Origin: Candidatus Limnocylindrales bacterium
GTDB taxonomy: Bacteria > Chloroflexota > Limnocylindria > Limnocylindrales > CSP1-4
Length of the DNA stretch: 55,360 nucleotides
Direction: 5' to 3'
Assembly (NCBI GenBank): GCA_044868045.1
Contig: JBIOWA010000215.1
Coordinates: 1-55,360 of the forward strand
Part shown: piece after piece, positions 1 to 8,882 of the stretch
Position numbering within the stretch: position 1 is the stretch's first letter
Layout: each line of letters starts with the position of its first letter
Made by a program: the position numbers and the translations under genes
The notes under the pieces: model-generated
The model's input: the letters and a program-made list of their open reading frames with translations, nothing else
Database searches by the model: none
What the model was told of the DNA's origin: nothing

Positions 1-158
1 GGTTTGTAATGCCCCTGAATCGATGGGCCGGCCCGAAGATACGGTCGATGTGAGGCCGGGCGCGGCCAAACTCGGGACACCGGCCGAGCGGTCGGACGTC
101 TGCGCGCGGTTGACGCCTACCGGACGCGCGAGGCGGCAACGTTGAGCCCGCGGGGATC

Positions 159-2225
159 ATGACCGCCCTACCGCCCACGGCCCGCTCCATCGCGCAGCCC
201 GGTCCGTCGCCCGCGACGATCCACGACGCCACGCGCTCGCTACCGAACGTCGCCGCGGACGAGGTCGAGCTCGCCTCGTACATGGCGGAGGCCGGTCGGA
301 TCCTGGGGGCCTCGCTCGACACAGCGGCGACGCTGCGACAGGTCGCGGAGTTGATCGTCCCCGGCCTCGCCGACTGGTGCGCGATCGATCTCCTGGAGGC
401 CGACGATCGGCTTTCGACGCTCGTGATCGCGCATCGCGATCCGGCCAAGGTCGCCCTCGTGAAGGAGCTTCGCGACCGGTACCCGCCCAGTCCGGATGCG
501 CCGATCGGAGCCTATGCCGTCGCGCACACCGGCCAGGCCATGATCATCGAGACCATCGACGACGACATGATCGACGAGACCGTTACCGACGACGGGCACA
601 AGGACCTCATCCGGCGGCTCGGCCTGCGGTCCTGGATGTGCGCCCCGATGGTGGGGGGCGGACGGGTCTCGGGCACGATCGCGTTCGCCACGGCCGAGTC
701 GGGTCGGACGTTCGGCACCCGCCAGCTGGCGTTCGCAGTCGACCTGGCGGCTCGCGCCGGCGCCGCGTTGGAGAACGCGCGCGCCTTCCATGTCGCCGAT
801 CGCTTCCGGCGCATCCTCGATGCGGTCGCGGAGGCGGTGTTCATCGTCGAGCCGATGACCGGCAGCATCATGGAGGTCAACGACGGCGCCGTCGGATTAC
901 TCGAGCTATCCCGCGAGGAGCTCGTCGGGCGTCGCCTGTGGGACCTCCTTGAGGCGACCGACGATCATGCCGTCGAGCGGTTGGTCGGCCCGGTTCGCGC
1001 GGGCCGCGTCGAGTCGAGGACGGCGTCACTGCGGTTCCACCGCGACGCGCAGCCCGCGATCCCTGTCGAGATCCTGATCCAGCGGGTCGAGCTACCCGGC
1101 GAGGAGCCGACGCTCGTCGCGATCGCCCGGGATATCCGCGAGCGAGTCGAATCGCAGAGTCGGCTGGAGCGTCTCGCGCGAGCCGAACACGCTCGCGCGG
1201 CCGAGCTCAACGCGGTCATCCGGGCGATGGGCGACGGCGTCATCGTGTGCGGGGCCGAGGGCAGGATCCTGCTCGCCAATCCATCAGCGCGCGAGATGTT
1301 CGCCGGAAGCACGATCAACTCATACGCGGAGGTCCTCGCGGAGCTGCGCGATCCCGACGGCATCGCGCCACCGCTCGGGGTCCACGGCGGTCCGATCGTG
1401 CTGCGCACCCGACGCGAGCCAGAACGATGGATCGAGGTCGCCACGTACCCGGTCGCGGACCGCTCGACGCAGGGCGAGCCACGTGGCGAGACCATCCTGG
1501 TCGTCCGCGACGTCACCGAGCAACGCCAGCGCGAGGCGGTTCGCGAGACGTTCATCGGGGTGCTCTCACACGAGCTGCGGACGCCGATCACGACGATCTT
1601 CGGCGGCGCGCGGATCCTGTCCCGTGAGGACAACGGGCTCGACGAGGCGACGCGGCGCGACATCTTCGGCGACGTCGCCGACGAGGCGGAGCGGCTGAAG
1701 CGTCTCGTGGAGGACGTCGTGGCCCTCAGTCGGTTCGGCGAGAGCGACGCCGACGTCGGTCGCGAGCCAGTGCTTTTGCAGCGCGTCGTGCCTGGCGTCG
1801 TCGCGTCCGAGGAGCTGCGCTGGCCGGGCGTGGCGTTCACGATCGACATGGCATCCGGCCTACCCACGGTCATGGCGGACCCGACGTACCTCGAGCAGAT
1901 CGTCCGCAACCTCCTCACGAACGCCGCGAAGTACGGCGGTTCGGGGGCCACGATCAAGGTCACCGTCGAGCTGGACGAGTCATCCGATGAGGTGGCCGTC
2001 CGTGTCGTCGACGATGGCCCGGGCATCGAGGCCGGCGAGGCGGAACGCCTCTTCGAGCTGTTCTATCGCTCGCCCGCGACCGCGAGCACCACATCGGGCG
2101 CAGGCATCGGACTGTTCGTCTGCGCACGTCTGGTCCGGGCGATGGGCGGCCGCATTTGGGCACGTGCCCTGCTGACCGGAGGCTCGGAATTCGGGTTCGC
2201 GCTGCGGGTCCTGCACGAGGACTGA
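159..2225 (+). CDS. Sensor histidine kinase (GAF-like, two PAS-like segments, HisKA, HATPase)
   Basis: 688-aa ORF starting at ATG 159. H-box SHELRTPITTI. Catalytic core motifs NLLTNAAKY, DDGPGI, GAGIGLFVC, GGSEFGF. Confidence 0.9.
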   Translation: MTALPPTARSIAQPGPSPATIHDATRSLPNVAADEVELASYMAEAGRILGASLDTAATLRQVAELIVPGLADWCAIDLLEADDRLSTLVIAHRDPAKVALVKELRDRYPPSPDAPIGAYAVAHTGQAMIIETIDDDMIDETVTDDGHKDLIRRLGLRSWMCAPMVGGGRVSGTIAFATAESGRTFGTRQLAFAVDLAARAGAALENARAFHVADRFRRILDAVAEAVFIVEPMTGSIMEVNDGAVGLLELSREELVGRRLWDLLEATDDHAVERLVGPVRAGRVESRTASLRFHRDAQPAIPVEILIQRVELPGEEPTLVAIARDIRERVESQSRLERLARAEHARAAELNAVIRAMGDGVIVCGAEGRILLANPSAREMFAGSTINSYAEVLAELRDPDGIAPPLGVHGGPIVLRTRREPERWIEVATYPVADRSTQGEPRGETILVVRDVTEQRQREAVRETFIGVLSHELRTPITTIFGGARILSREDNGLDEATRRDIFGDVADEAERLKRLVEDVVALSRFGESDADVGREPVLLQRVVPGVVASEELRWPGVAFTIDMASGLPTVMADPTYLEQIVRNLLTNAAKYGGSGATIKVTVELDESSDEVAVRVVDDGPGIEAGEAERLFELFYRSPATASTTSGAGIGLFVCARLVRAMGGRIWARALLTGGSEFGFALRVLHED

Positions 2226-2229
2226 CCGG

Positions 2230-3210
2230 TCACAGCCAGCCACGCCAGCGGGCGATCCCCACGATCGCCACGGCAAGCCCGACCATACCGCCGATGACCA
2301 GCCAGAAATTCGGGGTGGCCTCGAAGAACGCGAGCTTGAAGTTCATGCCCATGATGCCGGCCAGGACGACTGCCGGTAGCAACACCGCGGAGAGGAGCGT
2401 CAGCGTGCGCATGACGTCGTTGGCCCGCTGCGACACCCGGCTCATGTGTATTTCGAACGTGCCGATGAGCCCCTCCCTGAGGCCCTCGATGGCCCGCATC
2501 GCCGCGTCGAGACGGTCGACCAGCCCAGGCCACGGGCGACCCACCGCTTCCGCGGCTTCCATCTCGGGGAGCGCCAGCGTCGAGAGCGCGTTGCGATGCG
2601 GCGCCAGCGTCCGGCGGATCAGACCGATCCGGCGTCGCAGCGCCACGATGTGGGCGAGCGTGTCATCGCCGCGTCGGCCGTCGAGCGCCCGCTGGTCGAG
2701 CTCGTCGATCTCACGCTCGATCAACTCGGCGAGCAGGAAGTAGCCGTCGATCACCTCGTCGACGAGCGAGGACATCAGATCGCCCGCGGTCAGGACGCCC
2801 AGCCGCGTCTCACCATCGAGGCCGCTTCGGAACCGCTGGAGGGCGGCGGTCTCACCGGCGTGGATGGTCATGACGACGTTCGGCGCAGCGATCAGGTCGA
2901 TCTCCCGCCGGGCCAGCCGATGTGGATCTTCGCCCTCGGCCTCGAGTGCCTCAACGGTCAGCCGGATGCGGTCCTCGGTCCGCGTGAGCCGAGCGCGGCC
3001 GACCTCGGACTCGTCCGCTTGGCGTTCATCGAGACGGATGCCGAGGATCTCGTCGACCTCGTTCAGCGTCTCCTCCGCCTCCGGCGCGTCGCGGTCGACG
3101 TCCAGCCAGAGCAGGCGTTTCGGACCGAGTGACTTCGCGACCTCGCTGGTCAGATCGACCCAGCGATCGCGCCCGGCGGCATCGAACAGTCGGGCGGTTT
3201 GACGGGTCAG
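2230..3210 (-). CDS. corA: CorA-family Mg2+/Co2+ transporter (start unresolved)
   Basis: C-terminal two-TM region with the GMNF signature (IMGMNFKLAFFE). The conserved-looking region begins at CTG 3210. There is no in-frame ATG/GTG/TTG between 3399 and 2871. Third-position GC upstream of 3210 in this frame is low (about 43% by hand count). Confidence 0.8.
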   Translation of the reverse strand: MTRQTARLFDAAGRDRWVDLTSEVAKSLGPKRLLWLDVDRDAPEAEETLNEVDEILGIRLDERQADESEVGRARLTRTEDRIRLTVEALEAEGEDPHRLARREIDLIAAPNVVMTIHAGETAALQRFRSGLDGETRLGVLTAGDLMSSLVDEVIDGYFLLAELIEREIDELDQRALDGRRGDDTLAHIVALRRRIGLIRRTLAPHRNALSTLALPEMEAAEAVGRPWPGLVDRLDAAMRAIEGLREGLIGTFEIHMSRVSQRANDVMRTLTLLSAVLLPAVVLAGIMGMNFKLAFFEATPNFWLVIGGMVGLAVAIVGIARWRGWL

Positions 3211-3353
3211 TGGACCAGACTCAGCAATCCCGCGGCAAGTGCAGCGATGATCGCGGTCGCGTACTGGATCGCGAGCATGATCCGGTCCTCGCCGGGATCG
3301 CCTGCATCTGCCGGCCAGGGTCCGAACTGCGGGTCGAGGGTCTCGGTCAGCAT
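3207..3353 (-). CDS. Small upstream ORF (48 aa; Pro-rich N-half, hydrophobic C-terminal helix)
   Basis: MLTETLDPQFGPWPADAGDPGEDRIMLAIQYATAIIAALAAGLLSLVH. Third-position GC is about 79%, so the frame looks coding. Its stop TGA (3209-3207) overlaps the first conserved corA codon (C-TGA). An internal ATG is preceded by GAGGA. Confidence 0.35.
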   Translation of the reverse strand: MLTETLDPQFGPWPADAGDPGEDRIMLAIQYATAIIAALAAGLLSLVH

Positions 3354-3610
3354 GTCTCGGGCGAAATCGTGTCGCGCAGCACCATGCGTGCGGAAGCATC
3401 GAACGCCGCGTTGACATCGCGCTCGCATCACAACGTGCACGGCGATCGCGGGCGTCCCGATCCACCGCTTGGACTGCGAGCCGCCTGCAATGCCGACCGC
3501 CTCGGGGGCACGCATGACCGATGCGTCGCGCCCACTACGGTCGTGGCGTCCCCAAGGCGGACCCAGCCGGCGGCACGCACCGCGCGCCGTCGAACCCCAG
3601 GAGGTCTTAC

Positions 3611-3784
3611 ATGCTGAAGCGAATCCTTTTGATCCTGGCCATGGGTGCGGCCCTCGTGGCCTGCTCGCCGTCCGGTAGTGGAACGTCCCCAGGGACAGAA
3701 ACCCTGGCGCCAGTGGAGAGCTCCACGCCGAGCGAAGCCGCGCCGAGCGAGTCGATGCCGGCAGAGTCGGCGGCGCCGAGTTGA
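3611..3784 (+). CDS. Small lipoprotein
   Basis: ATG 3611 lies 7 nt after AGGAGG. Signal peptide with lipobox (LVAC-S), then a Ser/Pro/Ala-rich tail. Confidence 0.6.
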   Translation: MLKRILLILAMGAALVACSPSGSGTSPGTETLAPVESSTPSEAAPSESMPAESAAPS

Positions 3785-3817
3785 GTCGAACTAGCTAACT
3801 AAGGGATGGAGGTACAG

Positions 3818-4099
3818 ATGAGCATCATTGCATGGATCGTGCTTGGCGCGATCGCCGGTTACCTGGCCGGGTTCCTCGTCAAGGGCGATGAGGGTCTCGG
3901 CATCGTCGGGCACATCGTGCTCGGGATTGTCGGCGCACTCGTCGGCGGATTCCTGGCGGGTGCGCTCTTCAACAGCGATCCGATCAATGGCGCGCTCGAC
4001 GCGTCGTCGATCATCGTGGCCACGATCGGTGCAGTGATCACGGTCCTGGTCGTGAGCGCGATCACCGGCCGAAGTCGGGTGGGACGAGGCCCGATCTGA
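3818..4099 (+). CDS. GlsB/YeaQ/YmgE-family stress membrane protein
   Basis: MSIIAWIVLGAIAGYLAGFLV...GIVGALVGGFL is typical of the transglycosylase-associated (GlsB) family. GGAGG precedes ATG 3818. Confidence 0.85.
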   Translation: MSIIAWIVLGAIAGYLAGFLVKGDEGLGIVGHIVLGIVGALVGGFLAGALFNSDPINGALDASSIIVATIGAVITVLVVSAITGRSRVGRGPI

Positions 4100-4140
4100 T
4101 CTGACTCCAACCGGGCCGCCGGTCCGGTAGCAAGATCCCG

Positions 4141-4170
4141 ATGAAGCCCACCGGCCACGGTGGGCTTCAT
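4141..4170 (+). terminator. Perfect 12-bp hairpin downstream of the GlsB-like gene
   Basis: ATGAAGCCCACC-ggccac-GGTGGGCTTCAT, 42 nt after the stop at 4099. No clear U-tract. Confidence 0.45.
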
Positions 4171-4395
4171 GGTTCCAGCAAAACGATCGGAACAGGGCGG
4201 ATGTCGATCACACGCGACCGGCGCGCTGAGCGGATGGAGGAGCCGCGAGGCCTGTGTAAGGGTCGCAGCATGGGCAGGCAGGGCGACCGTGAGGCCGACG
4301 CCCCCACGCTGACGGTGTGGCCCTCGTACCACTGGGGGTCCGGGGGCCACACCCCGCTCCGCCGGTGCCGGACCGACGCCGACCCGGGCACGGGT

Positions 4396-4411
4396 TGTTA
4401 TGCGGTTGCAA
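4396..4411 (+). promoter_or_regulatory. Recurrent 16-nt motif, copy 1 (TGTTATGCGGTTGCAA)
   Basis: One of three near-identical copies (see 17747 and 45091). Lies 192 nt upstream of the 4603 ORF. Confidence 0.4.
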
Positions 4412-4521
4412 TGTCCTTCCGCTCGGCAGTGGTGAGTCGTGGACATGCCACCCACTACGTTCGACTTCGCACGAACATCAACAAGGTGGGCGCTTGTGAC
4501 GGGGCGCACCCCTTTCTTGCA

Positions 4522-4556
4522 ACGGACGGTTCGGGTCCCCTCCCCGAGCCGTCCGT
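4522..4556 (+). promoter_or_regulatory. 14-bp stem-loop in the 5' leader of the 4603 ORF (attenuator-like)
   Basis: ACGGACGGTTCGGG-tcccctc-CCCGAGCCGTCCGT (one G-U pair), followed by CGCTATTTCC. It ends 46 nt before the GTG start at 4603. Confidence 0.4.
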
Positions 4557-4602
4557 CGCTATTTCCGCCACGTAAGGGCCGGGCTCCGGCCGGAGGTGCA
4601 AG

Positions 4603-4944
4603 GTGACTGCGGACACAACGACGTTGCCACGAAGGGCAACGGAGCAGGTACGACAAGCGGTGGACACGGTGGCCGGCGTGGCCAGCGAGGTTTCGGCGCG
4701 CCTGCCCGAGGCGGCGACCACGACCCGCGACGCATTCGAGGAAGCGAACCGGCTGGTCCGGGCGGGATCGGACGAGTCGCTCAAGATCGTCGCGGCCGCA
4801 TCGATCGGGTTGGCCACAGGCCTGTTCCTCGGCGGGGCGCCGCGCGTCCTCGTGATCGCCGCACTGGTCCCGGCCGGGCTGGCCGGAACCGCGTTGATGG
4901 AGCGGATCGACGACTCCGTCACCCGTCCGACCAAGGTGCGATAG
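4603..4944 (+). CDS. Tail-anchored membrane protein (hydrophilic N-domain plus C-terminal TM segments)
   Basis: GTG 4603 after GGAGGTGCAAG. 113 aa. Architecture resembles ElaB/YqjD-type stress proteins, but the family was not verified. Confidence 0.55.
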   Translation: MTADTTTLPRRATEQVRQAVDTVAGVASEVSARLPEAATTTRDAFEEANRLVRAGSDESLKIVAAASIGLATGLFLGGAPRVLVIAALVPAGLAGTALMERIDDSVTRPTKVR

Positions 4945-5043
4945 GGCTGCAAGCGCTGGGCGCGGGCGGCGGTCCGGCGCGCAAGCCACGGCGCCGTAGT
5001 GTCGAGATCGAGCCCCACGCTCGTGGGCGACGGAGGACTTGAT

Positions 5044-5250
5044 ATGGACGACGCGAAACGCGCCTATCGTGAGGCGGAAAACAAGACGAAGGAAACGATC
5101 CGACGGTCGGACGGCGACGAGAGCCCGGCCGACAAACTGGGCAACCTGGGCGACGACGTCCGCGCGGGCCTTGCCAACGCGGGCGATGAGGCCCGCGAAG
5201 AGGTGGACCGCCTTCGCTACAAGAAGGAGCACGGAGACGACCGGGTCTGA
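5044..5250 (+). CDS. Small charged hydrophilic protein (stress/LEA-like)
   Basis: ATG 5044 after GGAGGA. 68 aa rich in D/E/K/R (MDDAKRAYREAENKTKETIRR...). Confidence 0.55.
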   Translation: MDDAKRAYREAENKTKETIRRSDGDESPADKLGNLGDDVRAGLANAGDEAREEVDRLRYKKEHGDDRV

Positions 5251-5270
5251 CTGCCGACTCCCGCATTCAA

Positions 5271-5300
5271 TCTGACGCCCGGCTCGGCCGGGGCGTCAGA
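5271..5300. terminator. Bidirectional hairpin between convergent genes
   Basis: TCTGACGCCC-ggctcggccg-GGGCGTCAGA, a 10-bp stem that overlaps the topoisomerase IB stop codon. Confidence 0.5.
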
Positions 5301-6357
5301 TCGTCCTGGACCGTCGCTCGCGAAGCAATCGGAGCAACGCCAGCTCCTCGGCTCGATCTGGCAGCGGCGCACCGATGACCTCTTCGTACGGCCGAGGACG
5401 GATCGGACCAAGATCGCCGGCGAGGTAGGCCTCGGTCACCGCCGGATGGACATAACTCCCGCGCGCGACGGCCGGTGTGTTGCCGAGCTGCTCGGCTGTC
5501 GCCCGGATCGCCGCCACCACCTGCCGACGCGTCGTCGACTGGTGCTCGACGCGGGTCTGCGTCCGGAGCGCTCGGAACGCGAGGACCGTCCCGGCCCACG
5601 TCCGGACGTCCTTGGCGGTGAAGTCGCCGCCAGCGGCCCCCCGCAGATACGCGTTCACGTCATCTGACGCGACGTCGTGGACCGCGCCGTCCTCGTCGAC
5701 GTATTGGAACAGCTCCTGGCCAGGCAACTCCTGGCAGCGCTTGACGATCGCGGCGAGGCGGCGGTCGCGCAGGCCGCTTTCGTGGATCGCCCCAGACTTG
5801 GATCGGAAGCGGAACCGGATCGTGGCGCCGGTGATCGTGGCGTGACGGTCGCGCATGGTCGTAAGGCCGAACGATCGGTTCAGCCGGGCGTACGCATCGT
5901 TCCCGACGCGGATCAGCGTGAGCTCGAGCAGGCGCACGACGGCCGCGAGGACCTTCTGCCGCGGCAGGCCGTGCCGACGCAGGTCGCGGTCGCAGCGCCG
6001 ACGGAGCCGGGGCAGCGCGCGGCCGAACGCGATCATCCGCTCGAATTTGTCGGTGCCGCGGCGGCGTCGCCAGGCCGCGTGGTAGCGGTATTGCTTGCGC
6101 CCGCGCGCGTCGCGGCCCGTGGCCTGGATGTGGCCGTTGGGCCATGGGCAGATCCACACGTCGGTCCACGCCGGCGGGATGGCGAGCGTCTTGATACGAG
6201 CTCGAACGGCGGGATCTCGGATCGTCGAGCCGTCGACGTCCCGATACGTGAACCCACGGCCGGCGCGCCGGCGAGTGATCCCTGGGCGCGTGTCGGTCGC
6301 ATACCGAAGCCCGCTCCCTCGAGCGACCGCGCGTGCGTCGTCGGCTGGTTCCGGCAT
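5296..6357 (-). CDS. DNA topoisomerase IB (poxvirus-like bacterial type)
   Basis: Motifs GFTYRD..G, IPPAWTDVWICP, GHIQATGRDARGRKQYRYH. The C-terminal catalytic region ends ..ARGSYVHP. Start chosen at ATG 6357; the ORF track extends to 6495. Confidence 0.85.
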   Translation of the reverse strand: MPEPADDARAVARGSGLRYATDTRPGITRRRAGRGFTYRDVDGSTIRDPAVRARIKTLAIPPAWTDVWICPWPNGHIQATGRDARGRKQYRYHAAWRRRRGTDKFERMIAFGRALPRLRRRCDRDLRRHGLPRQKVLAAVVRLLELTLIRVGNDAYARLNRSFGLTTMRDRHATITGATIRFRFRSKSGAIHESGLRDRRLAAIVKRCQELPGQELFQYVDEDGAVHDVASDDVNAYLRGAAGGDFTAKDVRTWAGTVLAFRALRTQTRVEHQSTTRRQVVAAIRATAEQLGNTPAVARGSYVHPAVTEAYLAGDLGPIRPRPYEEVIGAPLPDRAEELALLRLLRERRSRTI

Positions 6358-6565
6358 AGGGCGCACGCTAGGGCGCCGAGCGTGTCGCCGGGCCGACGTG
6401 GGCCCTTCGGTACATCGCTGCAACCTCGCATCGCGCCGCTCGGGACTGCCCGAAAGCCGCTCGTCCCGATACTGCGGGCAGTCCCATCGCGGCACCGAAT
6501 CTGGGGGACGCCGCGATGGGACACCTGTGCCCGAACGGCAGCATCACGGCCTCGGAGACCCGGAC

Positions 6566-7549
6566 TTGGATGTCGTCACGATCAACAACGCGACGAAGCG
6601 GTTCGGCGACGACGTCGCCGTCGACGGGGTCAGCCTGCGCGTGTTGCCCGGGACGATCCTCGGCATCATCGGCCCGTCCGGCGCCGGCAAGACCACCCTC
6701 GTCCGGATGCTGACCGGCGCCCTGGCTCCGACCGAAGGCGAGATCCGGGTCATGGGCGAGGATCCCCGTCGGTTCAACCGCAGGACCCGTGAGCGGATCG
6801 GGTACATGCCCCAGTCGTTCGCCCTGTATCCCGACCTGACGACGCGCGAGAACGTCGACTTCGCGGCCTCGCTCTTCGGCATGTTGTGGTGGCGGCGCCA
6901 CCGGCGCACTCGCGAGGTCCTGGAATTCGTCGACCTCTGGTCCGTCCGGGGTCGACGGGCCGCCCACCTCTCGGGCGGCATGCAACGACGCCTGGAGCTC
7001 GCATCGGCCCTGGTCCACGAACCGGAGATCGCGTTCCTCGATGAGCCGACAGCCGGGATCGACCCGATCTTGCGGGAGACGATCTGGCGGGGATTGCAGG
7101 GACTGCGCGAGCGGGGCAGGACGCTCCTCGTGACGACGCAATACGTCACCGACGCGGAGTCGTGCGACGGCGTAGCTCTGATCTCGGAAGGCCGGATGAT
7201 CGCGTTGGGCACGCCGGACGGACTGCGCCGCGAGGCCGTCGGCGGCGACGTGGTCGTGATCGAGACGAAGGACGGCTTTGACGCGGCCACGCTACAGGAC
7301 ATCGCGGACGTTCGCCGCATCGACCAGCGTGGGCCACACGAGCTGCACGTCACGGTCGGGGACGCGGCGACGGGCCTCCCGGACGTGGTCGAGGCGATCA
7401 CGAGCCATGGCGGTGACGTGGCATCGGCGACCGAGGAGAGGCCCTCGTTCGACGAGGTATTCGCCCTGCTCGTCGAGCGCGATCGCGAAGCGCAGCGTGG
7501 CGGACCGGTCGAGCCGGCTTCGGCGTACCGCGGGGGAAAGGCGAGCTGA
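6566..7549 (+). CDS. ABC transporter ATP-binding protein (ABC-2/DrrA-like)
   Basis: Walker A GPSGAGKTT, signature LSGGMQRRL, Walker B IAFLDEPT. Probable TTG start at 6566. The upstream ORF extension is Arg-rich filler. Confidence 0.85.
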   Translation: MDVVTINNATKRFGDDVAVDGVSLRVLPGTILGIIGPSGAGKTTLVRMLTGALAPTEGEIRVMGEDPRRFNRRTRERIGYMPQSFALYPDLTTRENVDFAASLFGMLWWRRHRRTREVLEFVDLWSVRGRRAAHLSGGMQRRLELASALVHEPEIAFLDEPTAGIDPILRETIWRGLQGLRERGRTLLVTTQYVTDAESCDGVALISEGRMIALGTPDGLRREAVGGDVVVIETKDGFDAATLQDIADVRRIDQRGPHELHVTVGDAATGLPDVVEAITSHGGDVASATEERPSFDEVFALLVERDREAQRGGPVEPASAYRGGKAS

Positions 7550-8742
7550 TGCGGGCGCCCCTGGCGGTCGTCGTTCGCGTGTTCGCCTTCGTCGGCAAGG
7601 AGCTGGTCGAGACGTTGCGCCGACCGGGCGCCATCCTCAGCCTGATCCTTGGTCCGTTCCTGATCATGGCCGTCTTCGGGCTCGGGTACGGCGGCGTCCG
7701 CCGGCCGCTCGAGACGGTCATCGTCATATCGCCATCGAGCAAGCTCCCCACCGACGTCGCCACGTACCAGGAGCTCGCCGGGCCCGCGCTCCATATCGTC
7801 GAGGTCATGCCTGATCGCGATGCGGCGGAGGCCGCGGTCCGCTCCGGCCGCATCGACATGGCGGTCGTGACCCCGGAGGATCCCGAAGCCACGTTCCTTT
7901 CCGGGAGGCAGAGCGTGCTCGAGGTCATCGTGGACGAAGTCGACCCGGTGGACGAAAACTACGCGTCGATCCTTGCGGGGACGCTCGCCGACGAAGTCAA
8001 CCAGCGCGTCGTGACGGAGGCCGTGCGCGAGGGGCAGGGGGTGGCGATCGACACCGGAAACCCGGAGCTCACGCTGATCCCGCCCGACGTGGTCGCCTCA
8101 CCGACCCGCGCCGAGGTGCTCAACCTGGCGCCATCGACGCCGCGCGTGGTGTCGTTCTTCGGCCCGGCGGTGTTGGCGCTCATCCTCCAGCACCTCGCGG
8201 TCACCCTCGTCGCGATGTCCCTGGTCCGCGAGCGGACGAGCGGGATCATGGAGCTGTTCCGGATCTCGCCGGTGAGCGCCGCCGAGGTGCTGGCGGGCAA
8301 GGTCGTCGCGTTCGGGGTGCTGGGGGCCGTGGTGGCATTCGCGACCGTCGGGCTGCTGGCGGTCGGTTTCGCGATCCCGATCCTCGGGCCGCCGGCCCTG
8401 ATCGCAGCCACCATCGGGGTGTTCCTGCTCGCGTCGATCGGCATCGGGCTCCTCGTCGCCATGATCTCCGACTCCGAGCGACAGGCCGTCCAGCTGTCGT
8501 TGCTCGTGCTCCTCGCGGCCGTCTTCTTCAGCGGCTTCGTGCTCGGTATCGATGAGTTCACGGCCCCCGTGCGCGCACTGGCGTACCTCCTGCCCGTCAC
8601 CCACGGCATCATCCTGTTGCAGGACCTGATGCTGCGCGGCGCGACGAACGCGGCGTGGGAGCTCGGCGCACTGGCGCTCATCGCGTTCGTGACGTTGTTC
8701 GGGTCGTGGGCGTTGATGCGACGCTCGATGATTACCGCCTGA
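7549..8742 (+). CDS. ABC-2 type transporter permease
   Basis: The ATG overlaps the ATPase stop (TGATG). One N-terminal TM, a large loop, then a C-terminal cluster of about 5 TM helices. Confidence 0.85.
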   Translation: MRAPLAVVVRVFAFVGKELVETLRRPGAILSLILGPFLIMAVFGLGYGGVRRPLETVIVISPSSKLPTDVATYQELAGPALHIVEVMPDRDAAEAAVRSGRIDMAVVTPEDPEATFLSGRQSVLEVIVDEVDPVDENYASILAGTLADEVNQRVVTEAVREGQGVAIDTGNPELTLIPPDVVASPTRAEVLNLAPSTPRVVSFFGPAVLALILQHLAVTLVAMSLVRERTSGIMELFRISPVSAAEVLAGKVVAFGVLGAVVAFATVGLLAVGFAIPILGPPALIAATIGVFLLASIGIGLLVAMISDSERQAVQLSLLVLLAAVFFSGFVLGIDEFTAPVRALAYLLPVTHGIILLQDLMLRGATNAAWELGALALIAFVTLFGSWALMRRSMITA

Positions 8743-8882
8743 CCGCCTCAGCCCCGAATCCGCGACACGGGGCCGAGATTTCGCTGCTACGGGTCTGCAA
8801 GGCGGGCGAGCGTACGTTTCGACCTTTCGGCGGGTTCCGGCGTGCCATCGTGATCGCCTGCCCCGAACGGAGGTAGCGAACG

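Noticed and set aside
5-20. Weak look-alikes of the 16-nt motif (5-20, 3475-3490, 4940-4955, 8785-8800, and 50331-50345 in reverse order).
   Set aside because: They match at only 10-11 of 16 positions (14 of 19 over an extended alignment for 8785-8800), and most of that comes from the TGCAA or TGTAAT cores. At this base composition, cores of that length are expected by chance many times per strand.
4396-4411. Reading the 16-nt motif as a sigma54 -24/-12 promoter (TGGCAC-N5-TTGCW).
   Set aside because: The near-invariant GG of the -24 element is absent (TGTWAT). The GC of the -12 element is displaced by one base relative to the consensus spacing.
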